64,000 bases of DNA from Haliotis cracherodii (taxonomy: Eukaryota), in contig NW_027266330.1 of NCBI RefSeq assembly GCF_022045235.1, positions 46,066,001 to 46,130,000 of the forward strand, read 5' to 3'. A model generated the notes under the pieces. It had not been told where the DNA came from and ran no database searches. It saw nothing but the letters and a program-made list of their open reading frames with translations. Position numbers and translations under genes: made by a program. Shown one piece after another: positions 1-12,293 of this stretch. How positions within the stretch are numbered: the stretch's first letter is position 1; each line of letters opens with the position of its first letter.

Positions 1-560
1 CAGCAGAAATAAGGTAGGACAGAGCGTTGGCTGTTCGGTAATACCCGACACCTCTTTACACCATCGCAATCCACGCATTGCCTTGCGCTGGTGTTATTCA
101 AACCGAGAGGATAACTTAGGGTTATCGTAAGATAAATATTTGATACTCTCCTTGACATGGTTTGAATCGGGGGTGTCAATTTAAACACAACTTTATCATT
201 ATTTTTATAATTATATTTCAAATTTCCTATATTTGAATGATAAAAGAGGAATTCTCATAATGGTGGACAGTCTTATCTACGACCATTCCATAATATTGTG
301 GGTAAGGTCTATATAGATTGCCAATGAAAGAGTCTAAATTATTCACCGAAATAGATGCCCTTGGTCATAAAGGGCAAAACAGCTGTAAAAATTATATGAA
401 TGGGCCACTGAAAATCAGTGATGACACCAGGTGTTCGCAAAAGGGTAACATGGGCTGAAAATGGTCCAGTCCACAGTACACAGTTAATCTCATGCCACTT
501 CTACTTATTTTTATTGTATATTTATTATCTTAACCACGTTTTGTTTTTACCAGATAATCG

Positions 561-755
561 TGAGTGAGTTGGGTATAACGCCGCTTTTAACAGTATTCGA
601 TTATATCGCGGCGTGTCAGCTAGGTGTGGGAGCACGTGTATGGTGCTGACAAACCTAGAAACATAAACCCACAATCATAGGTTTCTGGCGTGCCCAAGAG
701 ATGCAACTCTGCACAGCGAATCGCGGCGCTTCAGACGACTGGGCCACCCGTGCCC
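561..755 (-). mobile_element. SINE family B copy (internally deleted)
   Basis: Matches both ends of family B. Confidence 0.75.
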
Positions 756-863
756 TCTTACCAGATAATAGACAGATTTTCACACACTTCTAAATTCCAA
801 CTTCTAAATGTCTCTCAAAAACATAAACCTGTTTGATCACATGTAAATGTTGATTATGTGTAA

Positions 864-1186
864 GACCGCCTCCGTGGTCTAGTGGTAGAGCGTCCGCCCG
901 GAGAGCGGAAGATCAGGGGTACGATCCCCGGCCGCGTCATACCAAAAGACGTTAAAATATGGTACTCGGCATTGAGGGACTAAAACAAGGACTGGTCGGC
1001 TCGGAGTCAGTAAACTGTGTCTGAGTGGGGTATTAATGTTAAACTGCGACATGGTATCTCAGTGAGCTAGCACTATAAACCGGCATCAGTCCGGTCTAGT
1101 ACAACCAGCCACACACACACGCGCATGCACGTCGCTATATCATTGCAATATATATATACGCGACGTTAAACCCCATTTCACTTCAC
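864..1186 (+). mobile_element. tRNA-headed SINE family C (about 320 bp)
   Basis: GTGGTCTAGTGGTAGAGCG...GGTACGATCCCCGG head, conserved body GTCATACCAAAAGACGTTAAAA...GGCTCGGAGTCAG; copies at 25040-25353(-) and 30493-30812(-). Confidence 0.8.
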
Positions 1187-1560
1187 CTAATCAATGTGGG
1201 AGATTACGCCACTTCTCGTCTTATCCCTTCTCCTGGTCTGGTTGGTAAACAGTACTGTTGTGTGATCGATTGATAAAGTATTTTACGTTCGTTGTTTTTT
1301 GTGCAATTTGCAATCACAAAAGGTGACTGAATGAATAAAGACTGATTTTACAGTAACAAGGTCTTCAACAAATCATGTTGTTATTTGTGCAGTTTGCAAG
1401 CACCTGTCATCACAAAATGAAACAGAAAACTGAATATGAAGTGATAAACATGTTCGTCATCACGGTCAGTGAATTAAAACTTTATGAAGATTATAATTTG
1501 ACCACAAGCTGACATACATTCTCTCTAATACAAGTCCCCACATGGACTCTTCTGCAAATT

Positions 1561-2047
1561 CAATCTCATTAAAATCAGATCTTAGTTCTCGCTACCGCAA
1601 AACAAAGATCTGAGGACATCCCATTACGGGTCACGTCAGACCGACCTTTAGCGAACTTTGATCGACCAATGGAATGACCAATCAGAAGGCAGCTTTCTCG
1701 TGCTTTACGGGACAAATTTCAAACAGGCGACTACGCTTCGAAACATATTTTGACAAATTCTCGATTAAGAATTTGAAACCTGAACAAAAACATTCTGGAA
1801 TGGCTAATAGATGGTCTAGATTGTAAGGATTCAGTCGTTAAACCCGTAACTATCGTTCGGAATACCCCATGTTAAAGTTTTCGAGATTTCATGATTAGAA
1901 ATCACGTTCCGACTCTCACTTTCATAATCCAGAAAGCGATGCACTGATTGGTCGGATGAAAGGTCGTTCTGACGTGACCCCTAATGGGATGTCTTCAGAT
2001 CTTTGTTTAGCGGTAGCGAGAACTGAGGTCTGATTTTAATGAGATTG
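1561..2047. mobile_element. Non-autonomous DNA transposon (MITE) with long TIRs and a 9-bp TSD (Mutator-like by TSD length)
   Basis: CAATCTCATTAAAATCAGA...TCTGATTTTAATGAGATTG inverted ends of about 100 bp; perfect TSD CTGCAAATT at 1552-1560 and 2048-2056. Confidence 0.85.
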
Positions 2048-2369
2048 CTGCAAATTGAATATATAAATAATTAATTTGGCAGTTTTGTTTATATTTGACA
2101 AACTATAATGCGATGAATACTAAAATCTATCGTCACTTGTAATGTTCACTTAACTGTCACAGATAAACACGGATTCTAACCAAGTCGGGTCGTCTTTGAC
2201 ATAGAATGCATGAACTGGTTGAGTGACTTCCCACACAGAAAAAAATTATAAAATATCATAAAGACCATATCATATCATATCTAAATGTGCTCATGGGGTC
2301 TTCCCAGCTCGTTCAAAACTGAAATTCAGGAGGATTAAGGGGATTAGGGTTGGGGGATTATACTGAGAA

Positions 2370-3450
2370 TACTACACTCATTCTCGTTAGATACCATTTT
2401 TACGAAACGAGTGGACTCTCTATGGTATCTGACCGAGCGAAAGCTCGGTCAGATACCATAGAAAGTTCACGAGTTGAGTTGAAACTAGTGTGGTATTTTA
2501 TTTATTGCCCACGTTAAATATATTGTAAATGCATAACTTTCGTTCGTTGACAGACCAAACTGAAACCGGTTGCAAAATCTGGTTTCGCATGAATCTTGAT
2601 ACATGCTAAATACGGGCATGGTTGACATGTCTAGGCATACCAATTAACAACATGCACCTGCAGTTGTGTTTGCAAAGAGGAATTTCTTCAACTTATGGTA
2701 CTTAAAGCGTCATGTTGTAAGTACGCAGGACACCTATAAAAAAAATTGAAAAGTCACATTAGCGCAGCGCTTTCAATATCTGACCAACAGTCGGTCACTA
2801 GCACTGCCGGTGTCCCCGCTGTGCAATCACATAATCAGAATACAGGCAGAATGATTTGTATCGGAAATGTTCACTTTGAGTGATCTGGTAGTGCAATCGT
2901 GAACAAACAACTCCCGAAACAGTGTCACAAAATACGCTTCGAAGGGGACACTGATGGCACAACCGGATCATCCCAAGTAAGTCTAGATATCTGTCCAGAT
3001 AGTTTAAACTGACTTCATTTCACCACGCTTATACTTTTACGTTAAATCAAATTGGAAGTTGCGAAAGTGGTCGAGTGCGTCACGGGGGACCCTCGATCTA
3101 TTGATCGGTAGTCGTACATTGTAAAATGGATTTATCGCAATTATATAATGTCTGTAGAAGCTCTATGTATAACCTACATAGAGTGCAAACCGAATTTGAT
3201 GCGTGTGACTATCTTGTTTGGTTTAATAGAATATCTCTCGCTCACATGAGATTGCTTCAGTTCTGCCTTGTAGTTGCAAAATGAATGACGTCTCGCGATA
3301 TTTTATGGATGAAAAAGTAGTCCCGGTGTGACTGAGGTCACGGTTATCCAATCAAAAGGAATAAAACAAGGTCAACCTGGTACGACACACGTGTGAAGTA
3401 CGGATTTAGTATCTTCCCGCCTGTATCTTCACCACGTGGGTAATAAAGTC
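2370..3450. mobile_element. Unclassified interspersed element with a strong internal GCGAAAGC hairpin; related sequence at about 39760-40290 and 37100-37460
   Basis: 19-bp perfect stem at 2420-2461; shared GATACCA.TTTTA.GAAACG.GTG...ATCTGAC.GAGCGAAAGC block at about 39775-39825. Confidence 0.4.
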
Positions 3451-4103
3451 TGTTCCTGACAGGTGAATGCTAGTCGGTTCAAAAGCTTATTTTTATTATT
3501 GGTAATAAAGCTGTACTAAAAGAAATGAATAATATAAATTCGTGAAAATCTAATATGTCTTGTAATTAGGTTTCATTACTATTCCGGGCTAAAATCCAGC
3601 TTGAGGGCCAGTGGCTACAGAGGTTTTATCTAGAAGCTGCCTGCCACGGAGCTCCTGACTGTTAATATATGTACCGTGCCCTATGAGTGTCATGCGTTTT
3701 TATGTAACTGAACAGTATTATAAAATTTGTTCAAATAAATCTTTATATAAAAATATAATCTAGTCAGGAGATGGAACAGACTATACTATAATCCCCTTAT
3801 TGTTCAGCCAATTAACACCTGTGTTACAACTGATAGCACAACATTCTAGTTATTTTAATGTACACTAATCTAACCGTTTGTGAACATAGGAGCATACTGG
3901 TGTATATATATAGACAAAATCTCATTACGGGTCATCTTATGCAGGGACCCTGACAACTTGATGTAAAGAACGAAGTGGTTGTTATTCATAAACTAGTGTC
4001 ACGATTCATCATCTGCCATGTTCTGCGCCGGAAGTGGAGACATCTCTGTCGATGTTTCCGTGTGGTTAGACCCTATATAAGAAGGTTCTTTTGTGCAGAC
4101 AAT

Positions 4104-4331
4104 CTGGGCTCCGCTCTACAAAGTGATCGTAGCGCTACGACTGTTGTAAATCGATGCTAAAATATAGGAATTACGATCACCTCAGCGCTACGGTCCTGGG
4201 CCCCGTTCCTCAAAGCGATCTTAGCACTAAGGTGATCGTAAGTTCCATACTTTACCATAGAGAAACGATCATTGTAGCGCTAAGATCACTTTGAGGAACG
4301 GGGCGCTGGACACTGTGGAATTCCGGGGCAG
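4104..4331. mobile_element. Small Harbinger-like MITE with a related MITE (about 4197-4288) nested inside; another copy at about 36889-36980
   Basis: GGGGCCCCGTTCCTCAAAGCGATCTTAGC...GCTAAGATCACTTTGAGGAACGGGGCGC inverted ends with CTG flanks. Confidence 0.6.
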
Positions 4332-4379
4332 ATTCCTGATGCCGGCTTATTCCTTCATGTGCCGGTATACCCGGTCCAG

Positions 4380-5042
4380 GGTACCGTTTCTCAAAGCAGT
4401 CGTAAGTCTTACGTGCGTGTAAAACTGGCGTGACTTGGAAATACTGAACTAGGGCCGTTACACAAAGCTAGTGTAATATTACGTCCGTGTAAAATTGGCG
4501 TGAACTCTACATGTGGTCTTGGGTAGGTGTAAATATTTACGCAAGCGATAAAGGTGGCGATCAATCTAAACACGGACGAGATTGCCAAAAAGGTATGTAA
4601 GCGAGAACGTGTTTTCCGCGACAGGTCGAACCCCTCGACGATTTGGATGATCATGCCCTCATCGAGAGGTACCGCCTATCACGAAACATGATATGTTCTA
4701 TTATTGGTAAAGTGAGTGGCAGACTTGAACATTAAACCCAGCGTTCCCATGCAATACCACTTTACCTGGTTACCATGCACTGATCATACAGGCAGTATGT
4801 GATGCCAACATGAGGTGAGATACATACACACATGGTAGATATGTCTGTTATCATGAATCAATTATTCTTATTCGTCTTGAACAAGGCACGACAAAATGTA
4901 AACATTACAACATGTAATAGATATCCTTGACATTTACGCATGCTGCGCCCCCTAGGTAACTAGACTATGGCGTAAACATTACGCAAATATGGCGTAAAAT
5001 CTACGAGCGTGTAAATTTACGACTGCTTTGTGAAACGGTACC
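4380..5042 (+). mobile_element. PIF/Harbinger deletion derivative
   Basis: TIRs GGTACCGTTTCTCAAAGCAGTCGTAA / TTACGACTGCTTTGTGAAACGGTACC, 3-bp TSD CAG; internal relic at about 4605-4685 reads ERVFRDRSNP.DDLDDHALIERYRLSR, like the HARBI1 N-terminus. Confidence 0.75.
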
Positions 5043-5097
5043 CAGATTGGTAACAGGCTGACATACTAAGTGACTGTAGCATTACACGAATCATCTT

Positions 5098-5352
5098 GAG
5101 TTAGTGAGTTGGGTTTAACGCTGCTTTAAACAGTATTCCAGTTATATCACGGCTTGTCAGTTTGATGTGGTGTGAAAGCCATTTACCATTTTAGTGAAAC
5201 CCACGAGCACGGGAAAGGTGCTGACAAACCTAAAAACATATTCTGGATGAACCGGGATTCGAACCAACGATTACAGATTTCTGGCGTGCGCAAGGGACGC
5301 AGATATGCTCAGCGAATTGCGGCGCCTTAGATGACTGGGCCATCCGTGCACC
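5098..5352 (-). mobile_element. SINE family B copy (diverged)
   Basis: Reverse complement of family B. Confidence 0.75.
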
Positions 5353-5794
5353 TTGAAGCCTAATTGACACTGTTACAGTTATAGAATCACGCACACCTGT
5401 TCACGATCTTTCTGTCAGTTGCTACACAGGGCAACCTTCAGATACAACTATACAAGAGGAAACGGTCTGTCTTCCAGTTCCCGACACTCACATGGTTTGG
5501 GTCTGACATCTACCATTCAACTCCCGTGGAAGCCAAGATGCACTCACAGAACATGAAAGCAAAGAGCCATTCCCCCACCTTTACCATGTCGGCATTGTAC
5601 TGCACAAGTGCGTGTGTCAATGTAGGCTTTGATCATGGGGCAATCGATTCTCACTGTCGTCCAGAGAACTAACACCTAAAGCATGAGGAATGGTGAACAT
5701 CTTGTTAAGTCCTAAGTAGAGAACGGCATGTTAAATGCAGCCGCGAAGCAACATAAATGAATCAGGTTAGAGCCCATCCGTGGACATCTTCCCG

Positions 5795-6320
5795 AGGCAA
5801 GTCAGACAACTGACTATAAAAGACCAGTTTCCACCTTTGCCGAACTAGGCTGGTATTGTGGAGTAACAATTTGGCTGGACAAACGAGTCTATGCATAGTC
5901 CAATCAAAATCTCGCAACGAAATCGAAATCCGGTTCGTAAACTGTCGTGCAGATTTCGGTCGATTGCAGGATTTGCAAAGCATGTTCGCCGCCAACTCGT
6001 TATCAACAGATATTCTCAAAATCTTTTCATGTTTATATCAAGGTGCTCACGTGATTTAGCGATGTAAGGCCCGTTTTATCACAAAATAGATCTTGATTGT
6101 CGAGCAGATCGTCCTGTCTCGGCGCCACCATTTTGTTTGAAGCAAATGCAAGTGGTATGAGAGGTGGAATCTGATTGGTCCATATTAGAGGCTTAGAAGG
6201 GATATAACTGGTAATAGCCACTGGTTGCGCTACGATCGAGCCCAGGAATTCTAGGCTAGTTCGGCAAGGGTGGAAACTGGACTTTAAAAGTCACTTAACT
6301 CCCTAGCATCGGGAATATGA
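5795..6320. mobile_element. Palindromic MITE with a nested TA-flanked element
   Basis: CCAGTTTCCACCTTTGCCGAACTAG (about 5824) versus CTAGTTCGGCAAGGGTGGAAACTGG (about 6256) inverted arms. Confidence 0.55.
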
Positions 6321-7751
6321 TCCGTGGACATTTAAGTATGTTTGCCTAAATCGACGATCAATGCCAGGCTGATTGTTCCGTTCAGTTGGTAAAAACCTCT
6401 TGGTTGCGGTCATTTCAAGGTTGTAGATTGTAAATGATTTCTCTGTGATCGTAGTCTCACTTGCACACCTCAAAGCATATACCCGAGGGTTCCTTCATTG
6501 AATCATTTATATTTAACCTTATATATAGCTTAGTTTCGGGGACTTTATGTTCGCTCACCGTCATCCGGACACTCCCAGACCCCCCCCAACATAAAGGTGG
6601 TAACATGATAGCCAGACGTGTTGTGTTACGAGTGGATCCACTTAACAGTTTCCATGCATTACAAGGAGAGATCACACAACAATTTAAAAACAATTTAAAA
6701 CTGGCAGTCTAATCAAGCTTCATATTATTCACAAACAGCAAAAGCAAGTATCAATCACAATAAAAACTGTCTTACTTTAGGCTGTAATATCCCATCATTT
6801 CGTAACAAGATCCAGTGAATGTTTCATGTAATCCATAATTCACCGTAGTTCACACATTGCCGACATGGCATACACAATTACAGTTTCAAATCTGGCATGT
6901 CAGTTAACACCTAAACCCGACCTGGGGGAACTGACCACTTCGTCTTGCTGTCGAGTAATAGCCAAGCGACATTTGCATAACATCAGCCTTTACTTGGCTG
7001 TGAGCTTACCGGGGCTTACATATAGACAATGTGAAGTGAAGTGTGTAGTTGGTCAGTGTTGATCACTGGCAATCTGTACACAAACAACATGATATATAAA
7101 AAGGTATGAATAAACATTTCATGAAAACAAAGTACATTTAATGTATTCTTCATGAAAAGTAAATATACATATATAATGGATTCTCATAACAGTTGGTATA
7201 TGATCAACACACATTGTTTGTACACTTTGATTTGAAGGTGAAATAAAGTGTAAACCCTCAGAACATCGTTACTGCATTCCGATTGTATTGTGTTCATGTG
7301 ATAGACACGAACACGAAATAGGTATTGCTCTCAATTATTGACCGAGGTATTGTGTGGTACCGAGACATGCACTATCTCGCACAAATACCACATCCAATCA
7401 TAACACCAATGTTTGGTCACGGTCTGTCTGTCGCCAGCTGTGTCCGTGTCTTATTAATTACTGGAAGACAAAGCGAGTGAATCAGGAAGGATACAATGGC
7501 AGGAGGCAATCAGCTACTGGTGAATTGCATTATATAACACGCGGAGACGCGGATGACCGCGTGGTCTGAAGCACCACAATTTGCGGTCTGAGATTCATGG
7601 GACATAAAACTTGCATCAAGTTAGATAAATTGTAAAACGAATAATACACACAACAAAATGTCTGAATTTATATACAGATAACTGTTATGAACTTATAACA
7701 TTAGAACAATGTTGTGTGACCATGCACTCATGTTGAATCCAATCCAATCAA

Positions 7752-10690
7752 TTCAATACAATACACTCAGTTCAACACAATACACTCAGTTCAACACAAT
7801 ACACTCAGTTCAACACAATACACTCAGTTCCATATAATACACTCAGTTCCATACAATACACTCAGTTCAACACAATACACTCAGTTCCATACAATACACT
7901 CAGTTCAACACAATACACTCAGTTCCATACAATACACTCAGTTCCATACAATACACTCAGTTCCATACAATACACTCAGTTCAACACAATACACTCGGTT
8001 CAACACAATACACTCAGTTCAACACAATACACTCAGTTCCATACAATACACTCAGTTCCATACAATACACTCCGTTCCATACAATACACTCAGTTCCATA
8101 CAATACACTCAGTTCCATACAATACACTCAGTTCAACACAATACACTCAGTTCCATACAATACACTCAGTTCCATACAATACACTCAGTTCAACACAATA
8201 CACTCAGTTCCATACAATACACTCAGTTCAACACAATACACTCAGTTCAACACAATACACTCAGTTCAACACAATACACTCAGTTCAACACAATACACTC
8301 AGTTCCATACAATACACTCAGTTCCATACAATACACTCAGTTCCATACAATACACTCAGTTCAACACAATACACTCAGTTCCATACAATACACTCAGTTC
8401 CATACAATACACTCAGTTCCATACAATACACTCAGTTCAACACAATACACTCAGTTCCATACAATACACTCAGTTCCATACAATACACTCAGTTCAACAC
8501 AATACACTCAGTTCCATACAATACACTCAGTTCCATACAATACACTCAGTTCCATACAATACACTCAGTTCAACACAATACACTCAGTTCCATACAATAC
8601 ACTCAGTTCCATACAATACACTCAGTTCCATACAATACACTCAGTTCAACACAATACACTCAGTTCAATACAAAAGAGTCAGTTCAGTACAATACACTCA
8701 GTTCCATACAATACACTCAGTTCAACACAATACACTCAGTTCCATACAATACACTCAGTTCAACACAATACACTCAGTTCCATACAATACACTCAGTTCA
8801 ACACAATACACTCAGTTCCATACAACACACTCAGTTCAACACAATACACTCAGTTTCATACAATACACTCAGTTCAACACAATACACTCAGTTCCATACA
8901 ATACACTCAGTTCCATACAATACACTCAGTTCCATACAATACACTCAGTTCAACACAATACACTCAGTTCCATACAATACACTCAGTTCCATACAATACA
9001 CTCAGTTCCATACAATACACTCAGTTCCATACAATACACTCAGTTCAACACAATACACTCAGTTCAACACAATACACTCAGTTCCATACAATACACTCAG
9101 TTCCATACAATACACTCAGTTCCATACAATACACTCAGTTCAACACAATACACTCAGTTCAACACAATACACTCAGTTCAACACAATACACTCCGTTCCA
9201 TACAAGTCACTCAGTTCCATACAATACACTCAGTTCAATACAATACACTCAGTTCCATACAATACACTCAGTTCAACACAATACACTCAGTTCAATACAA
9301 TACACTCAGTTCCATACAATACACTCAGTTCCATACAATACACTCAGTTCAACACAATACACTCAGTTCCATACAATACACTCAGTTCCATACAATACAC
9401 TCAGTTTCATACAATACACTCAGTTCCATACAATACACTCAGTTCCATACAATACACTCAGTTCAATACAATACACTCAGTTCCATACAATACACTCAGT
9501 TCAACACAATACACTCAGTTCAATACAATACACTCAGTTCGATACAATACACTCAGTTCAATGCAATAAACCCAGTTCAATACAATAGAGTCAGTTCAGT
9601 ACAATAAACTCAGTTCAATACAATACACTCAGTTCAATACACTCAGTTCAATACAATAAAATCAGTTCAATACAATAAACTCAGTTCAATACAATAAACT
9701 CAGTTCAATACAATAGAGTCAGTTCAATACAATAAACTCAGTTCAATACAATACACTCAGTTCAATACAATACACTCAGTTCAATACAATAGATTCATTT
9801 CAATACAATAAACTCAGTTCAATACAATACACTCAGTTCAATACAATAAACTCAGTTCAATAAAATAGAGTTATTAAAATACACTCAGTTCAATAAAATG
9901 GAGTCAGTTCAATACACTCAGTGCAATACACTCAGTGCAATACAACACGCTCAGTTCAATACAATAAACTCAGTTCAATGCAATACCCCCAGTTCAATAA
10001 AATACACACAGTTCAATGCAATACCCTCAGTTCAGTACAATACACTCAGTTCAATGCAACACGCTCATTTCAATACAATACACTCAGTTCAATACAATAC
10101 ACGCAGCTCAACACAATACACTCAATTCAATAATACAATAGAGTCAGTTCAATACAGCCAGTTTAATACAATCAGTTCAATGCTATACCCTCAGTTCAAT
10201 ACAATACACTCAGTTCAATACAATAAACTCAGTTCAATGCAATAAACTCAGTTCAATACAATACACCCCGTTCAATGCAATACACTCAGTTCAATTCGAT
10301 ACACTCATTTCGATGCAATACACTCAGTTCAATTCGATACACTCACTTCAACAGAATACAGTTACTTCAATAAAACACAGTTAGTTCAATACAATACACT
10401 CAGTTCAATACAATACACTCAGTTCAATACACTCAGTTAGATACAATAACAATCAGGTCAGTCCACTCAGTTCAATACAACACACTCAGTTCAATACAAT
10501 ACACTCAGTTCAATACAATACACTCAGTTCAAAACAATGCAATCAGTTCAATTCAATACACTCAGTTTAATACACTCAGTAAAATACAATTATAACAACC
10601 AGTTCAGTCCACTCAGTTCAATACAATACACTCTGTTCAATACAATACGCCCAGTCCAATACTATACTTTCAGTTCAATACAATACAATC
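7752..10690. repeat. 20-bp minisatellite (CAATACACTCAGTTC[AAC/CAT/AAT]A)n, about 3 kb
   Basis: Homogeneous 7760-9540, progressively degenerate to about 10690. Confidence 0.97.
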
Positions 10691-11401
10691 AGTTCAATAT
10701 AAGGCAATTCGTTCAATACAGTACTCTCGGTACAATATCAGTTCATATGTGACACACATGCTAAACATTATACATCACTGACTAAGAGTTTCATGATGCT
10801 AGCGGGAACAACATACAACATGTGATGATATCGAACACCAGGACAGTAACAGATACGTATTTATTGTGGTGTATTTGGAATATGATGGACATATGAAACC
10901 ACCTACTGATGCACATTGTGTAGACACACACAGATGTTGCACCATTGTGTGAGCAACACATCTAATGGCCATCACAATATACATGTTATTGTTGGGAAAT
11001 TTAATATAATTTATTAACATTTATTATCAACCACAATTGTTCCATTTTAATCATTTACTACAGGCCGTGGTGGCGTCTCACTATAGTTAACTGAGTCAGT
11101 TCAACACCTAAACGTGTGGCTAACGATGCGGCAAACAATGTGATTGTTAAAAAACGATAAAACACAAGACCACGTGATGATATGCAAGCTTTTCGGTCGA
11201 CGTGTATGATATGTATGTGTTGCCTTGCGTGAAACAAGGAACTGGATTATGTGAACATAATAGCAAAGCGGGAGCGAACAGACAACTCGACACACTGGGG
11301 CAACTACACGCTCCTCCATGTTCGGTACGTACTGTTTAGACGTTCGCGAGTTACAAACTCATTCCATGAAGTCGATTAGTTTCCATTAGTGTCTTGTGTT
11401 G

Positions 11402-11510
11402 CTAAATGCTCCAAGCACTGTCTAAATGCCTTAAGCACTGTCTAAATGCTCCAAGCACTATCTAAATGTTTCAAGCACCGTCTATATGCTTCAAGCACTA
11501 TCTAAATGCT
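11402..11510. repeat. 20-bp tandem repeat
   Basis: TCTAAATGCTCCAAGCACT[G/A] x5. Confidence 0.8.
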
Positions 11511-12293
11511 TTCACAAAGCTTAATACAAACTAAATTAAAAGTACCCTCGCTGTGTATTCGCTGTGAATGTTATACTGACAATAAACGTGTCAACCATCC
11601 ATCGGTATATGCTGGATCACGCCTTGAAATTACAATATGGTTATTCATACTTTCATCTGGTTATGACAGAAAAGGTCAAGATGTAGTTCATGTCGCAAGT
11701 AACAATGTCACATGATCTGCAAACCTTTCGTCATCACCAGCCAAATCGAAACTTGCTGCTCTACTGACGCACGGGGGCCATGTATATATTACAGATTCTT
11801 GGTATAGAAGGTAGGAGATGCTACATTTAGCCTAGTGCACGTGTATTTCTAGGCAATTCTATGTATGGGAGTGGTGAGGTGAGGTGAAATGGGGTTTAAA
11901 GTCGCTTTCAAGATTAATGCACTTTTAAAGCGACAGAGGCGGAGGCGGTCTGTATGGTAGAGAGTAGAGAGTGACAATTAATCAAATTAAATAATGTAAT
12001 GTCATGGTGTTGGCATTTCCTAGGATAATGTTGGGTTGTGTGTCTTTAAGCTTAACTATCAACTTCTTGTTGCTTTATTTGATGTTTTATTAGTTATGTT
12101 TGAGACATTAATATTTTCAGCAGACGAGGTGTATTTCCTTGACCCTTCTCCCAGTCGCTACAGAGAATCAGCTTCTCTCTAGCATGGAATCATATACTCG
12201 TCATACATGTTGTAGATAAATAGAGACATCATTATCTAATTCTCTTGAATCACTTCTCATAAATCGTTTTTACATCTGTGTTTAGACGAAGCA

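Noticed and set aside
6776-7073. Minus-strand segment with acceptor- and donor-like ends
   Set aside because: Stops in all three frames; could be a UTR or non-coding exon, but there is no supporting evidence.
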